Source: Candidatus Omnitrophota bacterium
Lineage (GTDB): Bacteria; Omnitrophota; Gorgyraeia; Gygaellales; Profunditerraquicolaceae
Length of the DNA: 64,000 bases
Assembly: GCA_963805065.1 (NCBI GenBank)
Contig: CAWDSS010000010.1
Location: 147,696 to 211,695, forward strand
Direction: 5' to 3'
Position 1 is the first letter of the stretch, and each line of letters opens with the position of its first letter. The notes under the pieces were generated by a model. That model saw nothing but the letters and a program-made list of their open reading frames with translations, did not search any database and was not told the DNA's origin. A program made the position numbers and the translations under genes. Below are positions 7,768-16,421 of this stretch, one piece after another.

Positions 7768-9581
7768 AATTGTAAGTTTTTAATTCTTTTAATGTGCTCT
7801 TTAATAATTGTGTGTCGGCTATATTTATCTTCAATCCTCTTCAGCAAAGAATTAAGCGATTTCCTTACGTTCCGATCATTATTCAAAGCTACAAACCAAA
7901 GACGCCAGATTTGATCTCCAATAAAAACCGAATCCAGTCCATGGAATTTCTTAATCTGATTAGTTGCATAATTTTTGTCATTAATAACGCACAGAAGAAA
8001 ATTTGCCATTCTTGAAACCGTTACGTTAAGATCTTGCGCAATCTCTCCTAGCATTTTTTTTGTTTTTTCAGGAGTATAAGATAACGGCAATAGCACAAGG
8101 GCGGCTCTTCGTATGTACCGGTGATTATTTTCATTCAGCAAATTTCTGACCTTACCTTCTGCAATTCCTTCATAAGATAGATAAAATAATGTGCCGATTG
8201 CTTGTACCCTTACATACCAATGTCGTTTGGATTTAAAAATTACAGAAAACATATTACGTAAAACTTGCTTGTTTCTTACTTTTAAATTGCGAAAAACAGC
8301 TACTAAATGTGCGGCCTGTAAATTATATAAAAATTTATGCCTGTGAAGATAAAACTCCATAGTTCTTAAAACTGGGGCAGTATTGATAAATGATCTAGAA
8401 TAACTACAAATTGCTCTAGACCTTATTGGGAATCTAATGAAATCACTTTTAAGACGATTTTTTAATAATGGAGTTTGAAGCACTCTCGCAGCGTTATAAG
8501 TCATAAATAACGCGGTTTCTAATTTCTTATCGAATTTCTTTCTTCTATATATTCTTTTGTATTCTTGCCGCAACTTAGATAATTGGGCTTTCCTATTAAC
8601 TCTTGAATTCTTAGAAGCTTCAATGATCTGTTTAATGTTTTCTGCTATTTCGTTATAGATTTCACTGCGCGCCTCTAAAGCAGTAAGAATCTTAGTTTTC
8701 TCAGCGTTCTGATTTAATCCGAGTTCTCGGAGCTTACCGCCCAATCTTAAAATAATTGCTATCGCACGTAATCTGGAAGAACTCAATATATGGATATCAT
8801 CACAGTACCTATACCACTCAATTTTTCCTTTTCTTCTCTCCTTCTCTAAGTAAGAATCTACTATATCTAAGTAATAGTTGCTTAAAATTCCAGAGACATT
8901 AGAGGAACCTTGTGGCAACCCACGATCCTGCCTTACATTGCAAGGATCTCTTAATGACCAACTTCTAAATATTTCTAGTATCATATTGATACCGCTTAAT
9001 TGCTTACCTGCTTTGAGCTTTAATATTTCACCTAGAGTTGAAAGATTAATATCTTCAAAATATGCAGTTATATCGGTCTTGGCTACATATTTATATTTCC
9101 CGCTGTCCAATCCGGTTATGATTTTTTGTATATACTCAGGCCATAAATTATACCAAGGTTCCTCAATTTTTATTTTTTCTCTTTTGTATCTAGGCAATAC
9201 AAAATAACTATGCTCTCTATCGCAAGTATACTGCAATTTTTTATCTTTTTTAAGTCGGTAAGCAGTTACCCCAGGATAAAGCCTTCTATCCAATTTAATA
9301 ATAAAATCTAGTAATAAGCGGTGAATGACCGTGAGGTCTAATATATCTACAATAATCCCTGGCCTAATCGCATATTCACCCTTAGGTAAATCAAAATTCT
9401 CCACTCTTTTTGGTCTATACTCTTTAGACTTGAGATCAGCGATGAGTTCATTTATTGTTTCTTTTAATTTATAGTCATAATCACAATATTTAAATGGATC
9501 TGGGGCAACGCTACGCTCCAAATCAGACACTGCTCTTTGAAAAGCTGCGTACATGTTTTTGTAATCAGATAACCGTGACAT
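7764..9581 (-). CDS. reverse transcriptase with a C-terminal alpha-helical repeat domain (UG/Abi-type, defence-associated architecture)
   Basis: 605 aa. RT motifs are LPKGEYAIRPG (1/2), KTDITAYFEDI (A), RGLPQGSSNVSGILSNYYL (B), YRYCDDIHIL (C) and NAEKTKIL (E). The C-terminal ~250 aa are helical and HEAT-like (HWYVRVQAIGTLFYL, HRYIRRAALVLLPL). There is no maturase X or En domain. Confidence 0.85.
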   Translation of the reverse strand: MSRLSDYKNMYAAFQRAVSDLERSVAPDPFKYCDYDYKLKETINELIADLKSKEYRPKRVENFDLPKGEYAIRPGIIVDILDLTVIHRLLLDFIIKLDRRLYPGVTAYRLKKDKKLQYTCDREHSYFVLPRYKREKIKIEEPWYNLWPEYIQKIITGLDSGKYKYVAKTDITAYFEDINLSTLGEILKLKAGKQLSGINMILEIFRSWSLRDPCNVRQDRGLPQGSSNVSGILSNYYLDIVDSYLEKERRKGKIEWYRYCDDIHILSSSRLRAIAIILRLGGKLRELGLNQNAEKTKILTALEARSEIYNEIAENIKQIIEASKNSRVNRKAQLSKLRQEYKRIYRRKKFDKKLETALFMTYNAARVLQTPLLKNRLKSDFIRFPIRSRAICSYSRSFINTAPVLRTMEFYLHRHKFLYNLQAAHLVAVFRNLKVRNKQVLRNMFSVIFKSKRHWYVRVQAIGTLFYLSYEGIAEGKVRNLLNENNHRYIRRAALVLLPLSYTPEKTKKMLGEIAQDLNVTVSRMANFLLCVINDKNYATNQIKKFHGLDSVFIGDQIWRLWFVALNNDRNVRKSLNSLLKRIEDKYSRHTIIKEHIKRIKNLQL

Positions 9582-9685
9582 AGTTATATCTTCAATAAAT
9601 GAATATTATCCTCAATCCACTTTCTTGCTTGTAGATCGGATGCCACATACATCGTAATGTAATTTTATTCCCAAACAAATATTTT

Positions 9686-10951
9686 CTAACGCAACACTAT
9701 CTTTTGCGTTTTAGCGTCATACTTATAGTTAACAATTCCTCCCGTCAAAATAAGCTCGACTGTTTTTTCAATAACTTCAATAGGAGCTATAAACCATTCG
9801 CGAGGACAATATTCAATACCCGCACTATCTACAATCTTTATATCTAAGCATGACTTCCCGAAGAATTTATGAAGCATGGATTCCATAAGGTTTGGCTTGA
9901 AGTTATAGCATTCATAATACGATACTATATGCACTGGCGCATTAAGGTATGTGTGGTCTTTTGCGGAGTTTTTTACACGTTTTTCAACCGAAGTAGATGA
10001 GAAACCTATCTTGTATAAATTTGCTATGGAGCTAATTTGCGGATTAGTACTTTTAGATTGTATTATATAAATAAACCCGGTCGAGGAGTCGTTTTTATCT
10101 ACATCATGGAGATTTTTTGACTTTTTAGGCTGATAATTCGTTATTCTCTTACCCTGCTTGTTTTTATATAACTCGGCGCTCAAAGATCTAAGAAGCATAT
10201 CCGACTCTAATCCATTTTCAAATATACATTTTAATCTTGCATTCACCTTTCCCTTGGTGGTTTTCCGCTCGCCCTTTTCTGCAACATATAGCATTATTCC
10301 TTTCAAAACATAAAAGCATCCTTTTTCTATTTGTTGTTCTTTTTCAAACTGCTTTAACTGTCTCGTTCCTTCTTGCAAGTTTTTGTGACATTCAATAAAT
10401 AAATGCTCAAATTCGTAAAAATTATCGCATTTCTTTCTCTGCGCCAAATAATCGGGCATATTTGTTTCCTTGGGCACATGCTTAATATTCAATATCTCTT
10501 CCCCACCTTTTTCGAGAATTCCTAAATCATCGCTTTTGAAAACATCATCTATTGTTCTATTAGTTTTGCCTTTATTGTTTTCACCCGAAAGATTCGAAGC
10601 GACATCTGATTTATTAGTTAGTCTCTTATTCTGCAATAGCCCATTTCTATCAAATTTAACTAATTCTTCTATCTTTTCGGGGTTTTGTCTAATGCCTTTT
10701 AGTCGAAAATATAATTTAGCTTCCTGGATATTGTCTTGCCCTGGTTCTCTATGGTGCGCTTCCACAAACTTTTGTATTTCGCCGAATGATTCAATTAATC
10801 TCTGCTTTTCAGATTTAACGGATGATGCCTTAGGTCTGACATTCAATAAACCCATTGCATCATCTTCGAATATCTTGCGGAGTTGTTCGTTCTTATCCAT
10901 TAGCGACCATTTTCCGTTTTTCATTACGTAAATATATAAGCGCCTCTGCAA
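9686..10951 (-). CDS. T5orf172/MUG113 (GIY-YIG-superfamily) domain protein
   Basis: 421 aa. The C-terminal part GFIYIIQSKS...LYKIGFSSTSVEKRVKN...ESMLHKFF...REWFIAPIEVI matches the T5orf172 pattern. The likely true start is 10924 or 10900; the latter gives an ATGGATAA-type 8-nt overlap with the helicase stop. Confidence 0.65.
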   Translation of the reverse strand: MQRRLYIYVMKNGKWSLMDKNEQLRKIFEDDAMGLLNVRPKASSVKSEKQRLIESFGEIQKFVEAHHREPGQDNIQEAKLYFRLKGIRQNPEKIEELVKFDRNGLLQNKRLTNKSDVASNLSGENNKGKTNRTIDDVFKSDDLGILEKGGEEILNIKHVPKETNMPDYLAQRKKCDNFYEFEHLFIECHKNLQEGTRQLKQFEKEQQIEKGCFYVLKGIMLYVAEKGERKTTKGKVNARLKCIFENGLESDMLLRSLSAELYKNKQGKRITNYQPKKSKNLHDVDKNDSSTGFIYIIQSKSTNPQISSIANLYKIGFSSTSVEKRVKNSAKDHTYLNAPVHIVSYYECYNFKPNLMESMLHKFFGKSCLDIKIVDSAGIEYCPREWFIAPIEVIEKTVELILTGGIVNYKYDAKTQKIVLR

Positions 10952-12818
10952 GTCTTTTCTCTAAAGGATCGGAAGAATTCATGTGGGGCTCGCTACTAGT
11001 ATTATTTACAAACGCTTTTATTTTGGGCCACAATATAATTGCTTCATCTAAAGTCATTTGCATTCTATTAAGCTCGATTGTTTCTTGTATAACTTTGAAT
11101 ATTTGTGGCGTTACAGATTTGGAAAGAATTTCAAATGCTTGCTGAAAAGGATTTATACTATCAATTAAATCTATATTTAGCTTGTCTATATCGACAAATT
11201 CTCCGGCCATCTTAATAAATCGCTGGCCTCCAATTTCTTTGATTTCCGATCGTTTAACTACAGAATCAGAAACAAGATGCTGCCTAACGACCTCGACCTC
11301 TTCCGTTGATAAATCGGGGTATTTCCTTTGGATTATTTTTGGAGTTAGCATTTTATTGATAACTTCTGGATCCATGATACCAGAAAGCGCCCTCACCAGA
11401 TCTTCGTCCTGCAAAAGACTGGCTTTAAGGTCATTTATATCTGATTCGAGAATTTCTTTTACCTTTGCCGTTGTGGGCTCTTTTAGCCCTTCAATCTTTA
11501 TTACGCCGGGCTCAGATTTATCACTTGCATTTTTTTTAGTTTTGAACTTAAAATTTGGCGCTATAACTTGTTCCATTAACAAAGAACAGGTTATGGCTTT
11601 TAACATATTATTTACAGAAATTCTTACGACATCATCGCTAGCATCTGGTTGGGCAATAAGATTTGTAAATTGTGTATGTGTTTTGTTATAACTATCTCTT
11701 GTGCATCGGCCGATTATTTGAATAATTTCCGTTAACGACCCTCTGTATCCCACGGTTAAAGCATGTTCGCAATAAGGCCAATCAAAGCCTTCTTTTGCCA
11801 TACCCAAAGCAATGATCAAATCCATATCATCTACATCTTTAATCTTTCGTAAATAATTGACAATTTTATCTCGTTCTTTCTGTTCATCATAAACAAGGTC
11901 TGCAATCTTAATAATTTTATTATCTTTTTTACGTTTTACGAATATAACTCCTGTGTGTTTATCTTGATGAATAACATCGCCTATTGTATCTAGTATCGTA
12001 TCTACTTCTTTATGCTTATCTTTTGTCGATTCTCCAGCATTAACATTGGGAATATGTATAATGGTCTTCTTATTCGTATCAAGAATCTCGCCAATAGCGG
12101 ACGTATATCTACCTTGATAGAAATGATACCCGATGCCTAAAGATTTTAAATAAGTATATCCGTTCAGCTGTTCATAGTAATTATAGGTTACTTTGGTAAA
12201 TTTACATTCGTCTTCTGGCAATAAAATAGGAATGCAATCACCTCTAAAATATGATCCTGTCATGGCTACAATATGTGCCTTTGATTTTCTAAGAACTTCC
12301 CTAAGCAATTCTCCTAATTGACTACTGATATCTGCCGAAACATGATGAAATTCATCTATCGCAATCAATGTCTTATCAAAATCTCCCTCGGCCAATCCCT
12401 CAAAAGCAAAACGTAAAGTCGCATGGGTACATATCAATATTTTATCGGAACCTTTCATAAAACGGTGGAACGCTTTAACTTTACCCGGTTCACCACCAGG
12501 CGTACAAAGATTGTCTTTAGGTTTTGGGTCCCAGTCAGCAAAAAAGCCAGTTGATTTCAAATTAGTGTTTTCAAATGAAGCGCCGATTGATCGCTCCGGA
12601 ACCGCAACAATTACTTTCTTAAGACCTTGATTGGCTAGTTTATCTAAACCAATAAACATCAGCGCCCTAGACTTACCTGATGCTGGCGGAGCCTTAATAA
12701 TCAAATACTGGGAATTGCGTGCTTTAAAAGCGCGCTCCTGCATTTCTCTCATGCCGTATTTGTTAGTTTTGGTACTCTTTCCACTTCTTTCGTATTCAGC
12801 TCTTACTATGTCTGGCAT
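10893..12818 (-). CDS. SF2 DEAD/DEAH-type (ResIII-like) helicase
   Basis: 641 aa. Motifs are I KAPPASGKSRA, Ia VAVPERSIG, II AIDEFHHV, III MTGSYFRGD and VI QIIGRCTRD. No nuclease motif is visible. Its start overlaps the upstream MTase by 23 nt. Confidence 0.85.
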   Translation of the reverse strand: MPDIVRAEYERSGKSTKTNKYGMREMQERAFKARNSQYLIIKAPPASGKSRALMFIGLDKLANQGLKKVIVAVPERSIGASFENTNLKSTGFFADWDPKPKDNLCTPGGEPGKVKAFHRFMKGSDKILICTHATLRFAFEGLAEGDFDKTLIAIDEFHHVSADISSQLGELLREVLRKSKAHIVAMTGSYFRGDCIPILLPEDECKFTKVTYNYYEQLNGYTYLKSLGIGYHFYQGRYTSAIGEILDTNKKTIIHIPNVNAGESTKDKHKEVDTILDTIGDVIHQDKHTGVIFVKRKKDNKIIKIADLVYDEQKERDKIVNYLRKIKDVDDMDLIIALGMAKEGFDWPYCEHALTVGYRGSLTEIIQIIGRCTRDSYNKTHTQFTNLIAQPDASDDVVRISVNNMLKAITCSLLMEQVIAPNFKFKTKKNASDKSEPGVIKIEGLKEPTTAKVKEILESDINDLKASLLQDEDLVRALSGIMDPEVINKMLTPKIIQRKYPDLSTEEVEVVRQHLVSDSVVKRSEIKEIGGQRFIKMAGEFVDIDKLNIDLIDSINPFQQAFEILSKSVTPQIFKVIQETIELNRMQMTLDEAIILWPKIKAFVNNTSSEPHMNSSDPLEKRLAEALIYLRNEKRKMVANG

Positions 12819-15474
12819 GTTGGCTCCGTTTTAAATTCTCCATTTCTTCATATAACATAAACAAGTGTTGTAAACGATCATTATCTGATTCAAACGGTTT
12901 ATCTTGATATAACGAGTCTATTTCTAAATCAAGTTTGCGATGAGCCACCGAAAGACTTTGCGGCATTTTGAATGGATCATAAAGTTGAGCCATGGTTTTC
13001 TCAGAGTGTAACTGTCTTTGTTCAACTATTTTAAAAACAAGCCTTTCGATGCACTCTTTTTTCTCCTTAGAAATATCAGGCATGGGGAAGGTGTTATATC
13101 CTAAAGCCGATGAATAACGAATGCGCGTTTCAAGACTTCCGCATACAGCGCGGATCCAAATCATATGCATCTTAGAGGCAATGATTCCAAATAACCAGGT
13201 TTCCGCTTCGTAAATAGCAAAAGCTAAGTTAGTTATAATTGTAGAGCTATCTACAAAACCTACTGGCAAATATTCTCTTCGCTCTGAAGAAACGGAAGGT
13301 ATAATCAAGGACTGATATTTCGTAATATTCGTCTCCCTAAATTGATGTGGCCTTTTTGCTAAATCGTGCGCGGCGCTATCACTACTACTTAGTCGCATTT
13401 TTTTGACAGAATCAACTCGTAACTTAATAGGATTTATTGCAAGAGCGTCTTTCTGATCTTGATCCAATATCCACAAACACCATCTTTCGATATCATTAAT
13501 GAACTCATCGGATCCCATAAGTCTCTTAATAAACTTAGCTGCGGAAGGATATTGTTCTAAAAGAACGTTTTTCTCTTCTGTGGTTAATATTAAATTCCCC
13601 CCGTCATATGGCATGTTACCTTTTGGCATTAAAGGTAGATTTGATATTGGGGTTGATCTCTTATGGACAATAATGTTGCTTGTAGCGGTTAGGTATGGGC
13701 TTATATTATTTACTTGGTGCGCCAATCCATTAATATAAAGTTTTTTTGTACGCTTCTCTCCGGTTTTCTGCATTCCAATAATAATCACAGTAACTCCAGT
13801 ATTTTCAGTTGCATTGCTTGCCCACTTAAATGAAGTATACGCAAAGCTTATTTCTACTTTTTGTTTTAATAAAATGGGCCAAAGTAACCCAACTTGTTCA
13901 CCTTGACAAATTGAATTTGTTGAACCAAAGGCAAATTTAGAAATAGTCGATTTAATATAACGACTACCAAGATAGAACCAGCAAGCTGCGTAGTCTAAGT
14001 TTTTAGTATTTTCAAATCCGTTAAAAACAAACGCTACGTCGGATTTTTGTTCTTTTGATTGTTTGCGAGCGCCCTTATATGGTGGGTTTCCTACCACATA
14101 GACTTCGTCATTTTCTTTTTTAGGGCATATTTTACTCCAATCTAAGCGCGTTGCATTCCCGCTTACTATATTGGCAGTTTCTTTGATTGGGATATGTTTA
14201 ACCAAACCTTCGAACTCGTTCAAATATTCGACATCCATTTGATATTCAGCTAGCCATAACGACAACATTACCATTTCAAACGCGAGAGGGTCTTGTTCAA
14301 TACCATAGAATTGTGAAAGCCTTATCTGAGAAGAATGTGGTTTTTTAAACTTCCCCAGTTCCACTAATTTTCTGATTATTTTAATTTCGAGTTTACGTAA
14401 TTCTTTATAGGCAACTATCAAAAAATTTCCAGACCCACATGCCGGATCAAACACTTTTATTTTTATTATTCGACCAAGCAAAGAAATCAAACGTCTCTGA
14501 CTCCCTTTAGATCTATTTAATTCGTCATAAAGGCCATCTAAAAATAATGGTTTAATCATCTTTAATATATTTTTAACGTTCGTATAGTATATTCCTATAT
14601 AGCCCCTGTTTTTTGAAGAGACAGCAATTTGAATCATTGAGCCGAAAATATCCGGATTTATGGTTGCCCAATTCATCTGACCGATTTCAATTATTATTTG
14701 CCTCGCTTTTCTAGAAAGAAGAGGGGTTATTTTTGATTTCTCGAATAAGCCTCCATTAACATATGGAAATTTTCTTAAATATTCTGGGCAGCCTTTTCTT
14801 TCTTTTTTATTTAAAACATTGAATACTTTTTCGAGATAGGAATTAAGGTCGTTGCCATCCTGTTGCGTATGCGAAATGACAGAATTAACAAATAAACCTT
14901 TATTATATAATCCGACATCTTCGGCGAAAAAACAAAAAAGAAGTCGTGACAAAAAAATATTAAGATTATGCTGCTGGTCAAAGGTATTTAAGGTATTAGT
15001 TTTTCTTAACTCATCGACTAGCCTAGAAATACATTCCGTAGCTCGAACATCCACTGGACTCTCATCTTTATAGGTTGCTTTTTCAAATCCAGCTAGCGGT
15101 AAGAAAAAATCGCAATATGCTCCTAAATTTTTAATATCGATCTCTAATATGTCATTGTTTTTCGTATCGGCTGCCAAGAGCTTTTTAAAGTTAGTTATGA
15201 TAATAAATCTCGGCTTATATTTAGCGCATATACAATTCTTTTGTACCTCAGACATAGCTTGATGGATATCTTTTCCATATATAGACTTAAAAAATAATTT
15301 CTTTTTCAGAACAACCTCTCCGGAATTTTTTGAAATATTAGAACCTCCATCCTGCAATCTTACAATAGAAGCTTTTGGGTAACCATAAGCCGATAGTAAG
15401 TCATAAATAAAAGATTTCTCGGAGATAGTCTTTGTAATATTTAAAAGGTTGTCTTCGATTTGATTTATATTCAT
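12796..15474 (-). CDS. MmeI-family (type IIL/IIG-like) N6-adenine DNA methyltransferase with no recognisable nuclease catalytic triad
   Basis: 892 aa. Family-typical blocks are LLFCFFAED, FPYVNGGLFE, INPDIFGSMIQ, YYTNVKNILKMIKPLFLD, FDPACGSGNFL (motif I), GNPPYKG (motif IV), STNSICQGEQVGLLWP, RWCLWI, LETRIRYSSALGYNTFP and LYDPFKMP. The N-terminal region has ..VVLKKKLFFKS.. where a D...ExK would be expected. Confidence 0.85.
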   Translation of the reverse strand: MNINQIEDNLLNITKTISEKSFIYDLLSAYGYPKASIVRLQDGGSNISKNSGEVVLKKKLFFKSIYGKDIHQAMSEVQKNCICAKYKPRFIIITNFKKLLAADTKNNDILEIDIKNLGAYCDFFLPLAGFEKATYKDESPVDVRATECISRLVDELRKTNTLNTFDQQHNLNIFLSRLLFCFFAEDVGLYNKGLFVNSVISHTQQDGNDLNSYLEKVFNVLNKKERKGCPEYLRKFPYVNGGLFEKSKITPLLSRKARQIIIEIGQMNWATINPDIFGSMIQIAVSSKNRGYIGIYYTNVKNILKMIKPLFLDGLYDELNRSKGSQRRLISLLGRIIKIKVFDPACGSGNFLIVAYKELRKLEIKIIRKLVELGKFKKPHSSQIRLSQFYGIEQDPLAFEMVMLSLWLAEYQMDVEYLNEFEGLVKHIPIKETANIVSGNATRLDWSKICPKKENDEVYVVGNPPYKGARKQSKEQKSDVAFVFNGFENTKNLDYAACWFYLGSRYIKSTISKFAFGSTNSICQGEQVGLLWPILLKQKVEISFAYTSFKWASNATENTGVTVIIIGMQKTGEKRTKKLYINGLAHQVNNISPYLTATSNIIVHKRSTPISNLPLMPKGNMPYDGGNLILTTEEKNVLLEQYPSAAKFIKRLMGSDEFINDIERWCLWILDQDQKDALAINPIKLRVDSVKKMRLSSSDSAAHDLAKRPHQFRETNITKYQSLIIPSVSSERREYLPVGFVDSSTIITNLAFAIYEAETWLFGIIASKMHMIWIRAVCGSLETRIRYSSALGYNTFPMPDISKEKKECIERLVFKIVEQRQLHSEKTMAQLYDPFKMPQSLSVAHRKLDLEIDSLYQDKPFESDNDRLQHLFMLYEEMENLKRSQHARHSKS

Positions 15475-15504
15475 TGTGCTCGCTTAATCGACCCCCGGGT
15501 CATA

Positions 15505-16416
15505 TTAAAGGCGCTTTAATTTCTTTTGATATTCGCGTATAGTTTTTGCAACATATTCGGCTAATTTAACAGGTACGGCATTGCCAATTATCTGTTCTAA
15601 AGAAGTTTTTGTTCCTTTGAATTTGAATAAAGCTGGAAAGGTTTGAATATGTCCTCTCTCAATCGTTGTTAGCGCCCTTACCTTTGAAGAAATAGCTACT
15701 ACGTCTCCCGGATGTTTTTTGTAAGCTTTCGGAATCGGCCGATTCACGCCACGTATTGTAGCGCTTGGCTCATGAATACTAAAAACGGCTCTTCTTTTAT
15801 AGCTTCTTGGATGCACATAATAGTACTCTGTTCCTAATAAATCTCCTAGATAATCATGAATGGTCATTTGTCTATCTGATTTATTTTTGTCGAGATACTG
15901 TTTTAGAAATTGATCTTTTGAGCCCAGGTGCCCAATCATAAAAAAACGCCTCCGCGCCTGAGGAACGCCGCAATAACTTGCGTCGAGTATATCCGTAGTC
16001 AAGCCATATCCAACGCTTTTTAATATCTGAGATGCTTTTTTTAGAACCTTACTTTTATCTATGGTATAAACGTTTTCCATCACAAACCATTCGGGCTTAG
16101 AGATAGCTACAATTTTAGCAAATGCTATCGTTAGATTCGCCCTACCTGACCTTTCATTTCGTTTTCCTGCAATAGAGAAGTCCTGACATGGCGGGCCACC
16201 GATTATAATATTAGGTTTCAACGAACACACGAATTCTATACTTTTATCTTTGCTCAGGTCTAAATTGTAAATAGGATGATTAAAGTTATTCTTATAAACG
16301 TCAATAGCAGGACCCCAGTTATCGAATGCAGCCAATATTTTAAACCCGGCATTTTGAAAACCTAGTGACATGCCACCGCAACCAGAAAACAAATCAACTG
16401 TACTTAAGTTCTGCAT
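15505..16416 (-). CDS. DNA (cytosine-5)-methyltransferase, copy 1
   Basis: 303 aa. Motifs are I DLFSGCGGMSLGF, IV GGPPCQDFS, VI ENV, VIII QARRRFF and X GNAVPV. Confidence 0.9.
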   Translation of the reverse strand: MQNLSTVDLFSGCGGMSLGFQNAGFKILAAFDNWGPAIDVYKNNFNHPIYNLDLSKDKSIEFVCSLKPNIIIGGPPCQDFSIAGKRNERSGRANLTIAFAKIVAISKPEWFVMENVYTIDKSKVLKKASQILKSVGYGLTTDILDASYCGVPQARRRFFMIGHLGSKDQFLKQYLDKNKSDRQMTIHDYLGDLLGTEYYYVHPRSYKRRAVFSIHEPSATIRGVNRPIPKAYKKHPGDVVAISSKVRALTTIERGHIQTFPALFKFKGTKTSLEQIIGNAVPVKLAEYVAKTIREYQKKLKRL

Positions 16417-16421
16417 TTTCG

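Noticed and set aside
7102-9685. The RT was considered as a group II intron protein, a retron RT or an RT-Cas1 adaptation module.
   Set aside because: It has no maturase X or HNH/En domain, and I could not find an intron domain V/VI-like RNA. No long flanking inverted repeats or retron-style msr/msd arrangement are present, and no VTG-type retron motif was seen. There is no cas1, cas2 or CRISPR array anywhere in the window. The Cas4-like neighbour alone does not make it CRISPR-associated.
10470-11691. Long plus-strand ORFs (10470..10931, 10855..11145, 11182..11691) antisense to the T5orf172 and helicase genes. The same kind of shadow ORF occurs at 455..739, 57718..58293 and 62052..62594, and many others are in the track.
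   Set aside because: They lie fully inside strongly supported minus-strand genes, translate to low-complexity Ser/Leu/Phe-rich sequence with no motifs, and have no RBS. They are typical antisense shadow ORFs in AT-rich DNA.
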